IMG/VR virus record: IMGVR_UViG_3300027792_000211
Span: 1-57,984 of that record
DNA: 57,984 bases
Direction: 5' to 3' (one strand)
Source: a virus
Lineage: Duplodnaviria > Caudoviricetes
The position numbers and the translations under genes are program-made. Positions 8,589-18,296 of this stretch are shown here, piece after piece (within the stretch, counting starts at the first letter, position 1; the number at the start of each line of letters is the position of its first letter). Under the pieces are notes generated by a model. That model did no database searches and was not told the DNA's origin. It saw nothing but the letters and a program-made list of their open reading frames with translations.

Positions 8589-8968
8589 ATATCAAAAAAA
8601 TTCAAAAAATGCTTAGATATAATTCTTCACACTGTGAAGATTGGGTGTTTAAATCATGGCATAAATACGAAAATCATCTATGGTTTTTCAATGGATACAT
8701 GATGGTAGCTATTCCCAAATACGAGGAGGCAAAAATACTAAGATTTTACCCTGAAGAATCTAAACAGAAAATAAACATTAAAAAGTTTATTCCCCAGGAT
8801 TGGCAAGACTGGGGAAATGAATTAGGAGAATTTAGTTTTAACCAGGAGTTTATTGATTTAGTCAACAACATATGGAATCATTTGGAAACCGAAATAAAAA
8901 TTGATAAATACCGCATGGTATTTATACACGATGGCGAAGTTATAGCTTTTATATTAGGAAGGAGATAA
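8585..8968 (+). CDS. Hypothetical protein
   Basis: ORF with GGAGG RBS, coupled to the upstream gene. Confidence 0.7.
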   Translation: MNIKKIQKMLRYNSSHCEDWVFKSWHKYENHLWFFNGYMMVAIPKYEEAKILRFYPEESKQKINIKKFIPQDWQDWGNELGEFSFNQEFIDLVNNIWNHLETEIKIDKYRMVFIHDGEVIAFILGRR

Positions 8969-8972
8969 AACA

Positions 8973-9878
8973 ATGAATAATCAAATAATAAACTTAAATG
9001 ACATAGGTATTAAATACATTATACTACGAGATAGTGGAACCTATCTTATTGATGGAAAAGTGATTAACAAAAGCTACGGGGATAACAAGGAAGTAGCCGT
9101 TCAAAATGTTGATGATATTAGATTAGTTACTACTATGAGGATAACAGAAAAATATACCAGTGGTATAAAGGAAATGAGTGTTGAGGATTATAACGCTAAT
9201 ATTCTCGAATTAAACAGAGAATATTTTGAGGACTGTGATGAGGAGTATGTATACAAATGTTTCATCCGAGATTGGAAACCTATTTATAGAGAAGAACAGC
9301 GGATAAGTGAACCAATCAAAGTTGAAATAGTAGAATCCTGTTATAAGCCCGAGAATAAATATATTTCCAATTGTTTTTTTAATGGCACTGATTTAAATAT
9401 ATGTTTATTCAAGTACGACCGCCCTACTGCTTTATTAGATATAGTTAAAGAAGCTTTTGACAAAGTAGGTATGGAATATGTTAGAGGTGGATGTTATAGA
9501 GAAACTGTAAATCAAAAAATTTGGACAAACTCCGATCATAGTTGTATTGAATATGTCCAGGCATTCGGGACATATATATTTTCAAAGCTATATAAGAATA
9601 CAACTCCGCTTCGAGGAACTCTCGAAGACATGGAAAAAAAATATAATGAGGATTATAAAAACATAAGAACTATTATAATCAGCAAATATAATATGATGTT
9701 TAAAAATAAAAATCATGACCTGGATTTTAATCGGGTTATTGATAAATTACAACAAGCATTAGAATATTTTAATAAAATCGATCCAAAACAAAAAAGTATC
9801 CAAGATTACAGAAGTACCGGGATGTATTTAAGGGATGCTAAACAGTTAATAATTGATCATTTTAGTAAGGAGGAATAG
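8973..9878 (+). CDS. Hypothetical protein
   Basis: 301-aa ORF with RBS in the early operon. Confidence 0.75.
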   Translation: MNNQIINLNDIGIKYIILRDSGTYLIDGKVINKSYGDNKEVAVQNVDDIRLVTTMRITEKYTSGIKEMSVEDYNANILELNREYFEDCDEEYVYKCFIRDWKPIYREEQRISEPIKVEIVESCYKPENKYISNCFFNGTDLNICLFKYDRPTALLDIVKEAFDKVGMEYVRGGCYRETVNQKIWTNSDHSCIEYVQAFGTYIFSKLYKNTTPLRGTLEDMEKKYNEDYKNIRTIIISKYNMMFKNKNHDLDFNRVIDKLQQALEYFNKIDPKQKSIQDYRSTGMYLRDAKQLIIDHFSKEE

Positions 9879-10218
9879 AAATGGCAAGCATTGAAAGAGA
9901 AATGATTGAAAATTATGAAGACATAGCCCGGAGGATTCAAGAATTTCAAGAAGAAAACACAGTATACGAGAATACGACGTATTTTTAGAATTTATTCGCT
10001 TGGCTTGTTGGGATAATTATAATTCAGGTGCTAGATATATGGGGTGGACCGATGAATAATCATGAATTACTAACTTTATTTTATAAAAAACAATCAGAAT
10101 TACATGCAATACAAACGCCATTTTAGAGGCTGAATTAAAAGATTTAATGAAACAACTAGACCAACGGTGTCAGACCGAAGGTCTAGAACATTGGCAATTT
10201 GATAATAAATATAGATAT

Positions 10219-10253
10219 AAAGTATAGACATTTATATTTATATATGGTATAAT
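10219..10253 (+). promoter_or_regulatory. Conserved early promoter, copy 2
   Basis: Same sequence as 7278; TAGACA-17-TATAAT. Confidence 0.8.
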
Positions 10254-10288
10254 TTATTTAATGAAATAAATTTTTGGAGGAATGAAAG

Positions 10289-10651
10289 ATGAAATTAACT
10301 AGAGTAATGAGTTTTAGTAAATATGATACGGATGAATTAATTAATAAATTTGTAGATGGAGAAATTACCAGCATGAAATTTAAAAAAGGTTCATCATGGT
10401 CGGGGATGAATGGAAACGAAGGATTTGTAAATGAAACCCAATATGGAGTAGAGATTTTTGTATGGTGGAATGAAGTAGATGAAAAATTAGTAAAAAAAGT
10501 AACAACTGAAGATATCGACGAATATGACATAATGGATATTGACATTGAAAAGTATGACGAATACAGAAATTTAGAAGAAGTAAACCTTAAAATTGAAGAT
10601 ATTGCCGACGGAAGAGAAGACGTTGGATATGTAGAAATATATGTAAAATAA
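10289..10651 (+). CDS. Acidic hypothetical protein
   Basis: GGAGG RBS; first gene after promoter copy 2; D/E-rich. Confidence 0.75.
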   Translation: MKLTRVMSFSKYDTDELINKFVDGEITSMKFKKGSSWSGMNGNEGFVNETQYGVEIFVWWNEVDEKLVKKVTTEDIDEYDIMDIDIEKYDEYRNLEEVNLKIEDIADGREDVGYVEIYVK

Positions 10652-10699
10652 TTTATAAAATAAGGGGGCACTAGTCCCCGGAAATTGGAGGAATGAAAA

Positions 10700-11008
10700 G
10701 TGAAGCAAACATTTAATATAGGTGATAAAGTGGTGGTAATTGGTAAATGGGAATTTATAGGTGGTGTCATAGCTACGCCACCTGATAGTTGGATAAAAGA
10801 ATTATTTAATAAAGTTTATAAAGTGCATGATATTAAAAATAATTTTATTGGTGAAATTATTAATAAAAATGATCAATATCATATCATTAAAAATTTCACT
10901 ACTAATGAGTTACATCTAATTAACAATCATTATAATGAAATAAGACATTATTATAAAGGCTGTACCGACGATTTAAGAAAAGAAGTGAAAAGGTGGGATG
11001 ACCAATGA
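10700..11008 (+). CDS. Hypothetical protein (SH3/KOW-like FNIGDKV start)
   Basis: GGAGG RBS, GTG start. Confidence 0.7.
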   Translation: MKQTFNIGDKVVVIGKWEFIGGVIATPPDSWIKELFNKVYKVHDIKNNFIGEIINKNDQYHIIKNFTTNELHLINNHYNEIRHYYKGCTDDLRKEVKRWDDQ

Positions 11009-11057
11009 AATGCTAAAGTTGGATGTCGTGAATGTCGAAAACAAGCCATAGAAAGGA

Positions 11058-11333
11058 TTGAAAAAGATGAATGAACCAAAAGTAAATGGGTTTAGGCTGA
11101 ATTTTTCAGCCATGAATAATAAAAACTTCGATTACAGAAGACAACAAATATTATATGAGTTAGACTTTCTTGGTCTACATTTTATATGTGTAGGTTGGGG
11201 AAAAATAACTAAAAAAGGAACGACCGGGACATTTAAAACGGCAACATATGAGGAAGTCGAAGAAAAGGTAAAAGAATTAAGAAAGGAAGTAAGTAAAAAT
11301 TATGGAAATAATAATAACAATGCCAACAAATAA
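11058..11333 (+). CDS. Hypothetical protein
   Basis: ORF in operon; start uncertain. Confidence 0.6.
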   Translation: MKKMNEPKVNGFRLNFSAMNNKNFDYRRQQILYELDFLGLHFICVGWGKITKKGTTGTFKTATYEEVEEKVKELRKEVSKNYGNNNNNANK

Positions 11334-11514
11334 AAGTTTAGAGGATTTAATTAACCTAACAAAACATTTAACTTCAATACGGTTAAGATATGAAATTCGT
11401 GATATGAATCGAGTATGTATAACAAAAGCCGCGAACGGTGCGACGGTAAACCTTAAAAGTTTAATTTATGTTTTAAATGAATATAAACTTATGGACTTAA
11501 CGGAGGTGGAATAA
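11302..11514 (+). CDS. Hypothetical protein
   Basis: ORF abutting the polymerase start. Confidence 0.6.
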   Translation: MEIIITMPTNKSLEDLINLTKHLTSIRLRYEIRDMNRVCITKAANGATVNLKSLIYVLNEYKLMDLTEVE

Positions 11515-13986
11515 ATGGATCTTAAATATCTTATAGCTGATATAGAGTGCCTCGAAGATTATTTTTGTCTTCAGGTAAAAGATGAAATCATGGATGATGT
11601 AGTTATTTGGGAATGTTACACGGATGAAGATTGTATAGAACTTTATAAAAAATTACAAAATATTGATCGCGCTATGTATTTCTATTCAATTGATTATGAT
11701 CGAACCATGATCAATGCATTATGTAAACTGGTAGAAAATGACATTCCTAATATTCTTTATCATTTACGGAAAATCAATGATTTCCTGATTCAAAAAAATA
11801 TTCATTATTTTAAACTTAATCGCGAATATTGGGGTTATCATTATGACGGCCTCGATCCGACCGAACAAATAAAACTCGTACACCCTAACGAATTAGGCAT
11901 ACACGAGTTTATTGATTCATATCAATTTACATTAGGAAAATCCAAAGTATTTAAGAATTTAATATTAAATGAAATTCCAAAGATACTATTTTATTATAAC
12001 ATAGATATCAAAGGAAATATTAAACCTTCGATATCTTTAAAATCTCTTAACCTAATTAAGAAAGGTTATAATATAAAATTTGATTTTTCTAAATATCAAA
12101 GTATTAAAAAAATTAAAATCGACGGATTCTATGATAAATGGATAGAATACTCAAAAAACGATGTTCTATTCCTGGAAGAATTATTTCTTGATAAATGTAA
12201 ATCCGATATTGAAAAAAGATATTGGGCATTTCAAGCCGCTAAATCAATCGATAATACCCTTGAATTATTAGATAGGGATTTATACGCTGAAAATAACACG
12301 GGGTTAATTGTGAGCATTTTAAAGCTTACTGAACCTAATAAAAATATCAAAGTAGATTATACAAAATATATAACTACCCCTTATCCCAAGTTTAATGAAT
12401 TTGTTAAATTTGTAAGTGATAACAATGATGTCGAGAAAGACAAAGATTTAAAAAATGGATATTGTGAACACTATAAAAAAGAATACATTGACGATGATAT
12501 CCGTATTGAAAATGATACTTTAATAAATTCCTTTGATGAAATCGAAATCAATGGAACACTGGTTAAGATAGGTTTAGGAGGGGGTCATGCGGCAATTGAT
12601 CACTACATTGGGCAAAATTTGCGCCACCTGGATTATCAAAGTCAATACAGTAGTATTATGTTGCAATACAAAGAATTGTTTTCTAATATTATAAATATCC
12701 CCTTGTACGAGGCGATTTATGATTTAAAAAATATTACATTTAAAAATGAAAAAATTCAATTAGATAATGAAATCGCAGAAATGGAAAATTGGGAATATAG
12801 TCCACAAATTGATCAAAAAATGGACCGAATAAATGAAATCAATAATTTAGTTGGTGGTATTAAATTAATCCTGAATACCACTTATGGCCTAATAAATTCT
12901 AACTTCACCTTACCAATATCATGTAAAACCCTAGGACGATTCATATGTTTAAAAGGTCAATCTATGCTCTTAAATTTAGCCCACAAATTAACCCAGGACG
13001 ACCCGGATCTAAAATTAGTTAACCTTAATACCGACGGAATTATTGTTGAGACTAAATTGCCTATAGCCATTGATAATGATGGTTACTTTATATTGGACAA
13101 CTCAGAAATTAAAAACCTGATCCAATTGAATGTTAATTCATACATTAAGGATAAAAAAGTCAAGGGGATGTTTAACATTAAGGTTAAGCAAAATATTAAT
13201 AAACATGGCCGGTTATCAGTAAATACTATAAATGCCATTAGGTTAATCAATGGCGAAGATGTCAAAATATTACCAATATATTTTGATGTAAAAAGAATTG
13301 ATTTACCAGAAAAGCCGTGGTATTTTTCAAACACTGGTAAAATTGCAATTAAACAATTAAAAAAGCCGGAAATACTAAGTCTGAACGGAGAAAAATTTTA
13401 TTTTACTGATGAAAAGGAAAAGGCATGTTTAAACATTTATAAAAAATATGCTGAATTAACTAAACAAAGTATTCTTGATTTTACTTTTATAGACAAGGAA
13501 AACGTAACTCTTAAATATATAGCAAAAGAATTAATATCTGATACTAACGAAAATATAGCAAGTAAAAGAAAAGTAAAAAGGGATCTATATAAAATATTTG
13601 GAAAGGATTTTATAGATGTGAATGTAGATAAATTAGAATATCCATGGTTTACTATGACGCAAATACAGAATAGCACCGTATGTCAAGGATTTAAAATTGA
13701 AGGGCTGAATAAATATTTAATTTTGAAAGTTGAGTGTAAAAATACCAAATGGGATAAAAATATAATTACACAGTTAAAGGAAGCTAAGACCTTTGAAACT
13801 TGGGAAGAAGGTAATCGTTATGATAGAACATTTGTATTTTTTAATCCATTTGTTGATAATTTTAAAGTAAAAAAAGAATATGAGGATTATATAAAAGTTG
13901 TTGATTCTTCAGCAATTGAAGTATATCAAGGAAATCCTATAGAAATTGATTTAAATTTGTTACAATTAATTTGTGAAAAAGTATAG
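11515..13986 (+). CDS. Family B DNA polymerase (divergent phage type)
   Basis: ExoI DIE, ExoII YD, ExoIII YSKNDV; motif A DYQSQYSS, motif B KLILNTTYG, motif C NTDG. Confidence 0.85.
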   Translation: MDLKYLIADIECLEDYFCLQVKDEIMDDVVIWECYTDEDCIELYKKLQNIDRAMYFYSIDYDRTMINALCKLVENDIPNILYHLRKINDFLIQKNIHYFKLNREYWGYHYDGLDPTEQIKLVHPNELGIHEFIDSYQFTLGKSKVFKNLILNEIPKILFYYNIDIKGNIKPSISLKSLNLIKKGYNIKFDFSKYQSIKKIKIDGFYDKWIEYSKNDVLFLEELFLDKCKSDIEKRYWAFQAAKSIDNTLELLDRDLYAENNTGLIVSILKLTEPNKNIKVDYTKYITTPYPKFNEFVKFVSDNNDVEKDKDLKNGYCEHYKKEYIDDDIRIENDTLINSFDEIEINGTLVKIGLGGGHAAIDHYIGQNLRHLDYQSQYSSIMLQYKELFSNIINIPLYEAIYDLKNITFKNEKIQLDNEIAEMENWEYSPQIDQKMDRINEINNLVGGIKLILNTTYGLINSNFTLPISCKTLGRFICLKGQSMLLNLAHKLTQDDPDLKLVNLNTDGIIVETKLPIAIDNDGYFILDNSEIKNLIQLNVNSYIKDKKVKGMFNIKVKQNINKHGRLSVNTINAIRLINGEDVKILPIYFDVKRIDLPEKPWYFSNTGKIAIKQLKKPEILSLNGEKFYFTDEKEKACLNIYKKYAELTKQSILDFTFIDKENVTLKYIAKELISDTNENIASKRKVKRDLYKIFGKDFIDVNVDKLEYPWFTMTQIQNSTVCQGFKIEGLNKYLILKVECKNTKWDKNIITQLKEAKTFETWEEGNRYDRTFVFFNPFVDNFKVKKEYEDYIKVVDSSAIEVYQGNPIEIDLNLLQLICEKV

Positions 13987-14012
13987 ACATTTATATTTAT
14001 ATATGGTATTAT
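13978..14012 (+). promoter_or_regulatory. Conserved early promoter, copy 3 (overlaps polymerase stop)
   Basis: Same sequence as 7278 and 10219; TAGACA-17-TATTAT. Confidence 0.8.
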
Positions 14013-14044
14013 ATAATTAATGAATGAAATGGAGGTTGACAATA

Positions 14045-14314
14045 ATGGGTTATGCGATGAATACAATTTTCAATATAGAGGAAGTCATAAATATATATGA
14101 TTTAAATTTTGGAAGGATATTGAAACAATATGAAATTTCAACTATTAGGAAAAATTTATCCTCAGAGCCAAAGATTTTAACAAATGAACAAATCGAAAGA
14201 TTTGAAAAAAATGAAATTAAAAAAATCTTTGGTAAAAATAAAAATTCCGTAGTATATGGAATAGGGTCACATATCTATTGGAATAGAGGAAAGGAGTTCA
14301 GGAAATTATTATAA
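14045..14314 (+). CDS. Hypothetical protein
   Basis: GGAGG RBS favours the start at 14045. Confidence 0.6.
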   Translation: MGYAMNTIFNIEEVINIYDLNFGRILKQYEISTIRKNLSSEPKILTNEQIERFEKNEIKKIFGKNKNSVVYGIGSHIYWNRGKEFRKLL

Positions 14315-14379
14315 ACATATTAGTAAAACCGAGTTAAACAAATGGATAGATTTAATTATGGAAAGGATGGCGGCTTAAA

Positions 14380-14493
14380 GTGCCAGATAAGAAAAAGAAA
14401 AAAACACCTAAAGAAAAAAACACCAACGACAACAAAAAAATCGACAAATTAAGTAAAAAACAAAAACCAGATAAAAAAAGTGAGTGGCTTTAG
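14380..14493 (+). CDS. Small lysine-rich peptide (37 aa)
   Basis: GTG start; MPDKKKKKTPKEKNTNDNKKIDKLSKKQKPDKKSEWL; stop lies in hairpin GTGAGTGG..CCACTCAC. Confidence 0.4.
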   Translation: MPDKKKKKTPKEKNTNDNKKIDKLSKKQKPDKKSEWL

Positions 14494-14520
14494 CCCACTC
14501 ACATCCAAGAAGGTGATAGC

Positions 14521-14892
14521 ATGACCCGCGAATTTTGGAACTATTACGAGGACCTTAAAAGGGCCCGTAATTATAATGATTCGTTGATAAAAATTTTAAT
14601 CGACGAAAAAATTGAAAAATTAGAAAGGATGATTACAATGAATACAACTTATTTAATGTTAGTTGAAAGCGTAATGCAGGATTGCCCGGCTTTATGTGGT
14701 AAATGTGAATATTGTAATAAGTTAGAGTGGATTATAAATAGGGCCAAACATTATTCAAAAGAATTAAATCTCCCATGGAAAATTATTCTCAATGAATGGG
14801 AAAAAGAGAGAACCTATTGGTATTACTCATTTTACAACGAAGTGAACCAACCAGAAATGATGGAGGAGGTGAAAAAAGAAGATGTCATATAA
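14521..14892 (+). CDS. Hypothetical phage protein
   Basis: RAKHY...WE.ERTYWY..FY...NQP pattern; Cys cluster. Confidence 0.7.
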   Translation: MTREFWNYYEDLKRARNYNDSLIKILIDEKIEKLERMITMNTTYLMLVESVMQDCPALCGKCEYCNKLEWIINRAKHYSKELNLPWKIILNEWEKERTYWYYSFYNEVNQPEMMEEVKKEDVI

Positions 14893-15259
14893 AGTTAAAA
14901 AAAGTTACGCCCAGGGCTTAACATCTAGGTCTATAATATTACCAAGAACATTCCTAAAAAAATATGAAATAACTGATAAAGTAAAAATTACTTTGAAAAA
15001 AGGATATATTTTAATAACAAAAGCTCATGGCTCCGATTTTTTTCAAATGGGAATAGAATTTAAATCTGTCATTGATGAAAAAGGAAATTATTATAGAGGT
15101 TTAACGACTTTGACATCAGGGTGTCAAAGTGTAACTATCCCAAAACTTATGTTATCTAAATTATATATAAAAGATGATGATTACATAAAAATAAGTAGTT
15201 TATCAGAGGAGGGGATACAGCTTAGCAAAGCTAAAAAGGAGGATTTATTCAATGAGTAA
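14882..15259 (+). CDS. Tandem AbrB/MraZ-like DNA-binding protein
   Basis: Two repeats, SRSIILPRTFLKKYEI..V.I and CQSVTIPKLMLSKLYI..I.I. Confidence 0.65.
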   Translation: MSYKVKKSYAQGLTSRSIILPRTFLKKYEITDKVKITLKKGYILITKAHGSDFFQMGIEFKSVIDEKGNYYRGLTTLTSGCQSVTIPKLMLSKLYIKDDDYIKISSLSEEGIQLSKAKKEDLFNE

Positions 15260-15506
15260 ATTTGCATACTTCTATATTAATAACAAAGAAGACTTTACAA
15301 AAGAATTAAAGTATTTCGATGTAATTAATAGCTTTATAAAGAAAAGAAAAAAGTTGATTTGTGTAATAGAGAGTAACGACGAATACACATATAAAACTAT
15401 AGCCGTAAACCTTCGACAATACATAAATCGAATTGAACTCAGTTGGAGTCAAAAGACCGAAATAGAAATCAACAATTTATTATTGAAAGGTGGTGAAAAG
15501 GAATGA
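15252..15506 (+). CDS. Hypothetical protein
   Basis: Coupled ORF with RBS. Confidence 0.6.
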   Translation: MSKFAYFYINNKEDFTKELKYFDVINSFIKKRKKLICVIESNDEYTYKTIAVNLRQYINRIELSWSQKTEIEINNLLLKGGEKE

Positions 15507-15703
15507 ATGAAAAACAATGGCAAAAACAAGAAAGAAATCACACAATTTTAGGAATAACATCATTATTAATTAGCTTAGGATTAGGGATTGGATGTTTATC
15601 TATGAACAAGGTTGTATTTATAGCTTTTTTAATTAGCTGTAGTATATCTTTAATCATAGCTGTTACGGAGGGAGAATCATGTTACCCAGAGAATATCAAG
15701 TAG
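15503..15703 (+). CDS. Small 2-TM membrane protein
   Basis: Two hydrophobic stretches. Confidence 0.6.
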   Translation: MNEKQWQKQERNHTILGITSLLISLGLGIGCLSMNKVVFIAFLISCSISLIIAVTEGESCYPENIK

Positions 15704-18084
15704 ATTGTTTAAACATAATAAAATCAAAACCCCATGGCAAATATTTAATTGTCATGGGGACAGGATTGGGAAAAAGTTTTACTTTTTCCCGAATCTCGTT
15801 TAAAAAACATATGTTAATTTTATCCCATCGGGAAGAATTAGTAAACCAACCCCGTAAATATTTTGATTGTACTTATGGGGTTGAAATGGGGAAATACACA
15901 AGCAATGGGGAAAAGGTAATTTCCGCGTGCGTTCCAAGTTTAATCAAGAGGTTAGAGAAATTTCCCAGGGATTACTTTGATGTAATAATAACAGATGAAT
16001 GTTTTCCAAGTGGAACAATAATTGATAATAAATCTATTGAAAACATTCACTGTGATGATATAATAACATCATACAATCATATGACAAATGAAATTGAATA
16101 TAAAAAAGTAATTAATATTTTTAAATCAATACCTAAATCAATTGTGATTGTAAAATTAAATAATAAGGAGATAATTTGTACTGGTAATCATCCCATTTAT
16201 ACTAAAAAAGGATATAAACCAGCTATAAATTTAAATGAAAATGATGAAGTGTTTTATATGTCAGCAAGAAATAATAAATCCAACTCGATCACAAAAAGAA
16301 ACATGGTACAGAACAAAACATCAACGAATGTATTGTTCAAAAGAATGTTCAAAAGAATATTGCAAAAAAATAAGTTCAGAAACAATGACAAAAACCAACA
16401 AAAAATATGCATCAGAAAGAATGAAAAAAAACAACCCAATGAAAAATTTAGAATCACGACAAAAAATGTCAAAAAGATTAAAAGAAATTGGGCATTGTCC
16501 AAAAATAAGATGTGGAAATGGTGCAGGTTTAACAGTTCCACAACAAAATTTATTAATAGCCTTAAAAAACTTAGAACCATATGCCGAATACCCATTAATA
16601 ACAAATATGAAAAGAAATTCAGGGTACCCACAACATTACAAAATAGACATAGCAATAATAAATTATATGATTGCAATAGAAATAGACGGGTCGTCTCATT
16701 CTGCAATGATAAGAAAAGAACAAGACAAGAAAAAAGAAGATTTTTTAAATGGATTAGGGTGGAAAGTGTTAAGATTCAAAAACAAACAAGTGATGGAACA
16801 TTTGGAGGATTGTGTAAAGACGGTTATGTCTACAATTTAGAAATAGAAGATAATAATAATTATTTTGTAAATAATGTTTTAGTACATAATTGCCACCACA
16901 GCCCCTGCGCGTCATATCAAAAGATTTACGAATACTTTCAATATGATTATCATTTTGGCCTAACAGCAACGCCCAACCGGTCCGACAACGTGAGATTAAA
17001 TAATATCTTTGATGAAATAATATTTAATAGAGATCTAAAATGGGGTATCCAAAATAAATATCTATCTGATATTTATGCCATGAGGTTTTACATGGATTAT
17101 GATTTATCCAGGGTAAAAACATCGAATGGAGATTATCAAATAAACCAATTAGAAAAGGCCGTGAATACCACGGAGAACGCCGCGGCAATCGCAGAAATAT
17201 ATAATAAACATGCGATGGGATCCACTCTTATTTTTGGGGTTTCGGTGGCCCACTGTGAAGAAATCGCAAAACAAATAAAAAATAGTGTAATAATTACAGC
17301 TAAAACAAAAAATAGATCCGAAATCATAGACAAATTCACTTCAGGGGAAATTAAATGCCTGGTCAATTGTCAAATTTTCACAGAGGGAACCGATATTCCA
17401 AGGGTTAACACATTAATCATAGCTAGACCCACAAAAAACATCAGTCTTTATACTCAAATGGTTGGCCGGGGACTTCGTCTATATCCCGGTAAAGAAAATT
17501 TACGTTTAATAGATTGTTGTGGGGTATCAGGACTAAATTTGTGTATGGCACCCTCATTATTGGGTTGTGAAATGTACGACCTCGGTAATAAAAAAACCCC
17601 TGGGCGTGATGAATTAATTGAGGGTGATTTGTTTGATCTTCCAGAAAAAATCAAAGAAGCTGAGAACACCCCCGATTATTGGAAAATCAATTATAAAATA
17701 GTTGATTTGTGGGCTAAAGGTCAAGGATACAACACCCACAATATAAATTTTAGAAAATTATCAAATGGTGATTTGACTCTTGAATTACCGAATATAGAGT
17801 TTACAATAAATGCCCCGGATGAATTAGGTCAAACCTGGTATCATGGTAAAAAATTACCTATGCAACAAGTTTTAGACTATTGTTATACATATCTTTTAAG
17901 TAAACAGCAAGAAGCAACGGCGTTATGGGATTTGTCTATTTGTAAAAAATGGGGTAAACATCCCATAACCCAAAAACAAAAAAATATTATTAAACGGTTT
18001 TTACCAAATTATGATTTAAATATGACTAGTCTTGAAGCTAGTCAGATAATCACTAAATTATTAGGAAGGAAAAAAAAGAAATGA
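15679..18084 (+). CDS. SF2 DExH helicase (Irc3/ResIII-like) containing an intein
   Basis: Q motif REYQ, Walker A GTGLGKS, DE-[intein]-CHH, TATP, EGTDIP, QMVGRGLR. Confidence 0.92.
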   Translation: MLPREYQVDCLNIIKSKPHGKYLIVMGTGLGKSFTFSRISFKKHMLILSHREELVNQPRKYFDCTYGVEMGKYTSNGEKVISACVPSLIKRLEKFPRDYFDVIITDECFPSGTIIDNKSIENIHCDDIITSYNHMTNEIEYKKVINIFKSIPKSIVIVKLNNKEIICTGNHPIYTKKGYKPAINLNENDEVFYMSARNNKSNSITKRNMVQNKTSTNVLFKRMFKRILQKNKFRNNDKNQQKICIRKNEKKQPNEKFRITTKNVKKIKRNWALSKNKMWKWCRFNSSTTKFINSLKKLRTICRIPINNKYEKKFRVPTTLQNRHSNNKLYDCNRNRRVVSFCNDKKRTRQEKRRFFKWIRVESVKIQKQTSDGTFGGLCKDGYVYNLEIEDNNNYFVNNVLVHNCHHSPCASYQKIYEYFQYDYHFGLTATPNRSDNVRLNNIFDEIIFNRDLKWGIQNKYLSDIYAMRFYMDYDLSRVKTSNGDYQINQLEKAVNTTENAAAIAEIYNKHAMGSTLIFGVSVAHCEEIAKQIKNSVIITAKTKNRSEIIDKFTSGEIKCLVNCQIFTEGTDIPRVNTLIIARPTKNISLYTQMVGRGLRLYPGKENLRLIDCCGVSGLNLCMAPSLLGCEMYDLGNKKTPGRDELIEGDLFDLPEKIKEAENTPDYWKINYKIVDLWAKGQGYNTHNINFRKLSNGDLTLELPNIEFTINAPDELGQTWYHGKKLPMQQVLDYCYTYLLSKQQEATALWDLSICKKWGKHPITQKQKNIIKRFLPNYDLNMTSLEASQIITKLLGRKKKK
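16000..16890 (+). mobile_element. Intein (297 aa) inserted in the helicase Walker B (DE/CHH)
   Basis: Block A CFPSGT, block B CTGNHPIY, block F VYNLEIEDNNNYF, block G VLVHN followed by Cys+1; excision restores DECHH. Confidence 0.93.
16235..16840 (+). CDS. Vsr/DUF559-like endonuclease with N-terminal Cys finger, overlapping the intein in the +1 frame
   Basis: CFIC...YCSKEC; NUMOD-like ERMKKNNPMKN; YKIDIA..IAIEIDGSSH...DKKKEDFLNGLGWKVLRF. Confidence 0.85.
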   Translation: MKMMKCFICQQEIINPTRSQKETWYRTKHQRMYCSKECSKEYCKKISSETMTKTNKKYASERMKKNNPMKNLESRQKMSKRLKEIGHCPKIRCGNGAGLTVPQQNLLIALKNLEPYAEYPLITNMKRNSGYPQHYKIDIAIINYMIAIEIDGSSHSAMIRKEQDKKKEDFLNGLGWKVLRFKNKQVMEHLEDCVKTVMSTI

Positions 18085-18296
18085 TTAAAAATAATTTATT
18101 AAAATACAGAATGTACTATGATATTACTCAAGAAAATTTATCTTATCAATTAAAAATTTCGGTACAATTGATAAGGAAGATTGAAGCTAAACACTATTAT
18201 CCGAAATATCAAATTAGGGCAAAAATATGTAAACGCTTTAATCTATCATACGAACAAATGTTTTATATGGAGGAGGAAAACAATGGTAGACTATAA
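18081..18296 (+). CDS. XRE-family helix-turn-helix protein
   Basis: LLKYR..DITQENLSYQLKIS..IRKIE...P...KICKRF. Confidence 0.85.
   Translation: MIKNNLLKYRMYYDITQENLSYQLKISVQLIRKIEAKHYYPKYQIRAKICKRFNLSYEQMFYMEEENNGRL

Noticed and set aside
16254-16706. Third, minus-strand ORF in the dual-coding intein region
   Set aside because: F/L-rich mirror of A-rich plus-strand sequence, with no RBS or motif
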